A DNA stretch of 25,192 nucleotides from a virus (Duplodnaviria > Caudoviricetes): the IMG/VR virus record IMGVR_UViG_3300033232_000128, positions 1-25,192 of that record; one strand, 5' to 3'. The translations under genes and the position numbers were made by a program. This document shows positions 24,201 to 25,192 of this stretch, piece by piece. Every line of letters begins with the position of its first letter. The first letter of the stretch is position 1. The notes below the pieces were generated by a model. That model was not told where the DNA came from, ran no database searches, and saw nothing but the letters and a program-made list of their open reading frames with translations.

Positions 24201-25192
24201 CGAAGTTGATATTGATGCTACTCGAGAGATGTACATCCGATCTGCGCTTCACTTGCAGGGCATTGAGAGTATTTCTGATTTCTATATGCCGCGCAATCTT
24301 CGCGCTCTTTCTAGGCTCTGGGCCCGCATACAGCAAGTAGGCGATGAGCGTGTGCGTGCAGCGTTGACCTTCGCCTTCACCAATACGTCTTGGCACGGAA
24401 CGCGGATGAGGCGCTTTAATGCACGGGGTGGTCAACGACCACTTACAGGCACGTTGTATGTCCCGCAGCTGTCATCGGAGGCCAATGTCCTCGAGGTAAT
24501 GCGCAACAAGATCCGACAACTGCGTTCGTATTACGAGGCCCTTGGAAATCAGGACGGTCCCCTTCCTGCCATTCGTTTGGGGTCGGCGACTAGGCTTTCC
24601 GGGATTCCAGACTCCAGTATCGATTATGTTTTTACCGATCCTCCATTTGGCTCAAATCTCTTTTACGCAGACTGCAATCTCATTTGGGAATCCTGGCTTG
24701 GTGGTTTAACACCACAACAAGAGGAAGCTGTCGTCAATCGTTCTCGTGATCAGTCCCGAGGAGGAAAAACAGTGGCGGACTACGAGTCGCTGATGTCAGA
24801 TTCGATGCGCGAAATTTTCCGCGTTCTGAAACCTGGCGCTTGGGCGACCCTCGTCTTCCATAACACTGATCCAGCCATTTGGCGGGCGATACAAACTGCT
24901 GCTGAATGCGCTGGTTTCCAAATTGAAGATGCGGGAGCGCTTGACCGGAAGCAGCAGAGCCACAAGGGCTACAAAGGCCGAGAAGAAAAAGAAGGCGTTG
25001 CTCATTTTGACGTGATCATGTCGATGCGCAAACGGACCACGCCTAGCACGAGAGTGCGACGAATTATGGCAGCAGCGAACGTCAAGCAATTGGTGGTTGA
25101 TACGTTCAAGGCGTTGCCAGTGGATTCACGTACTGTTCAGCGCGTCCATTCTGAGGTCATTCAACACCTCGCTCGCGAAGGGTACGATCTCG
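21265..25192 (+). CDS. XRE-HTH fused to two tandem amino-DNA methyltransferase units (probably N6-adenine), at least 1309 aa, 3'-truncated by the window
   Basis: Manual frame-1 translation has no stop from ATG 21265 (upstream TAA at 21259) to the end. HTH 'LRDRRQEKEISLTSLAETLGYAKSYLSMLESGQRHP'; unit 1 DPFCGSG (21856) and DPPF (22792); unit 2 DPFCGTG (23695) and DPPF (24637); two CxxC pairs in each. Start codon uncertain because there is no clear SD. Confidence 0.93.
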   Translation, partial: MPKSTKEQISSHGQPGSDDQGALAVAAAPGNGCGRLLRDRRQEKEISLTSLAETLGYAKSYLSMLESGQRHPTDEQFEALSIALEVPADLLRVAAGRLPPDVASAVPGRVDAIVSAIRRDDSGAKVTFSRNLSDSFQRHIQEKICDAPSSDIGPFLDHLRAGKNTQAYRAHSYHTKVPPEAIDKLVRHHTSEGQIVADPFCGSGMTGVASILAGRHAVLSDLSPAAVHIARNYVSPCQPDAFVKAAARVMERVRPTLSWLYETGTPASRSRVEYTVWSDVFQCGHCGGEIVYWVGARDPVSGAVVDSVTCPVCRRTSQKRELRWVGERPVETNAKGPISRDAHPPTNAELELIQRANSSEILHWIPQVPFGSAREMWRAGHSAQGVNSVADFYTKRNLHALSAIRHTIQEERDERLRSALLFAFTGMVNRASKRYQWNVKRPTNVMTGTLYISSLRYEWNVGSLLERKLRDVERYFKHLGGPNSRAEVVKSSATDLSHLPDGSIDYVFMDPPFGSNIFYADSSLLWDAWLGALTDEREEIVVNKHRTPREGGKTISDYQRLMTGAFKEVSRILKPSSYATLQFNNSNDEVWCAIQDALSDAGLEVRHAIGLDKIHPSIKGVKGLQAKENVTSLDALIELRRRPSTRAAAERESSSADQIRSALIDFSKNQKSPFTTDEAFASLIRSSLKLGNSLNGISIQAVKELCSKLFIESGTKWVPSKEFLESEKKYDHVASPFGCVAERYLTTDADLNGLLDTTRPAPDVGGEPPRVVSGQRNTALYNAHSYHTKVPPEAITPFIKHFSRPGDVVLDPFCGTGMTGVAAQMSGRRAVLSDLSVVATHLAYNHTRPCNTRDLQKAFDEISADLGAEFREIYACVDGDERGYILYTLWGRDAACPHCKQNFSIWDSIDRETGRMPAALICPKCGKESAKHGLKYTINRPVLLSYKRANGKRVERAPTAEDIAIIQEQSSVAPTNWFPEVDIDATREMYIRSALHLQGIESISDFYMPRNLRALSRLWARIQQVGDERVRAALTFAFTNTSWHGTRMRRFNARGGQRPLTGTLYVPQLSSEANVLEVMRNKIRQLRSYYEALGNQDGPLPAIRLGSATRLSGIPDSSIDYVFTDPPFGSNLFYADCNLIWESWLGGLTPQQEEAVVNRSRDQSRGGKTVADYESLMSDSMREIFRVLKPGAWATLVFHNTDPAIWRAIQTAAECAGFQIEDAGALDRKQQSHKGYKGREEKEGVAHFDVIMSMRKRTTPSTRVRRIMAAANVKQLVVDTFKALPVDSRTVQRVHSEVIQHLAREGYDL

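Noticed and set aside
21230-25089. Short track ORFs in the right end, suggesting a non-coding or degraded region
   Set aside because: The region is occupied by the single ORF 21265..>25192, omitted from the track because it has no stop in the window.
21265-25192. Calling the locus BREX or DISARM
   Set aside because: Only a methylase resemblance is visible; no pglZ, brxC, helicase or drm genes are in the window.
1-25192. CRISPR array, tRNA, rRNA, IS element or att site
   Set aside because: No spaced direct repeats, RNA-gene signatures, transposase or integrase were recognised.

Overview
The window is the late region of a temperate siphovirus-type prophage, all genes on the + strand; the GC-rich DNA and gene families suggest a proteobacterial host. 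Order: lambda-type head module (terminase large subunit 3' part, gpW, portal, S49 protease with nested scaffold, decoration protein, major capsid), non-contractile tail module (connector, terminator, major tail protein, -1 frameshift chaperone pair, tape measure, D3112/YuA-like tip genes, DUF2793-like), then a lysis cassette (DUF6127-like, holin-like, an internally deleted HNH remnant, lysozyme, no visible spanin). Directly after the lysozyme is a lower-GC cargo gene absent from the supplied ORF track because it runs off the window: one ORF of at least 1309 codons (21265..>25192) encoding an XRE-type HTH fused to two complete, diverged, Zn-ribbon-containing amino-methyltransferase units in tandem, preceded by a 23-bp inverted repeat. 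This is the best candidate for an undescribed system (modification or defence locus); its partner genes would lie beyond the window. Family names come from motif recognition and recall, not database searches.
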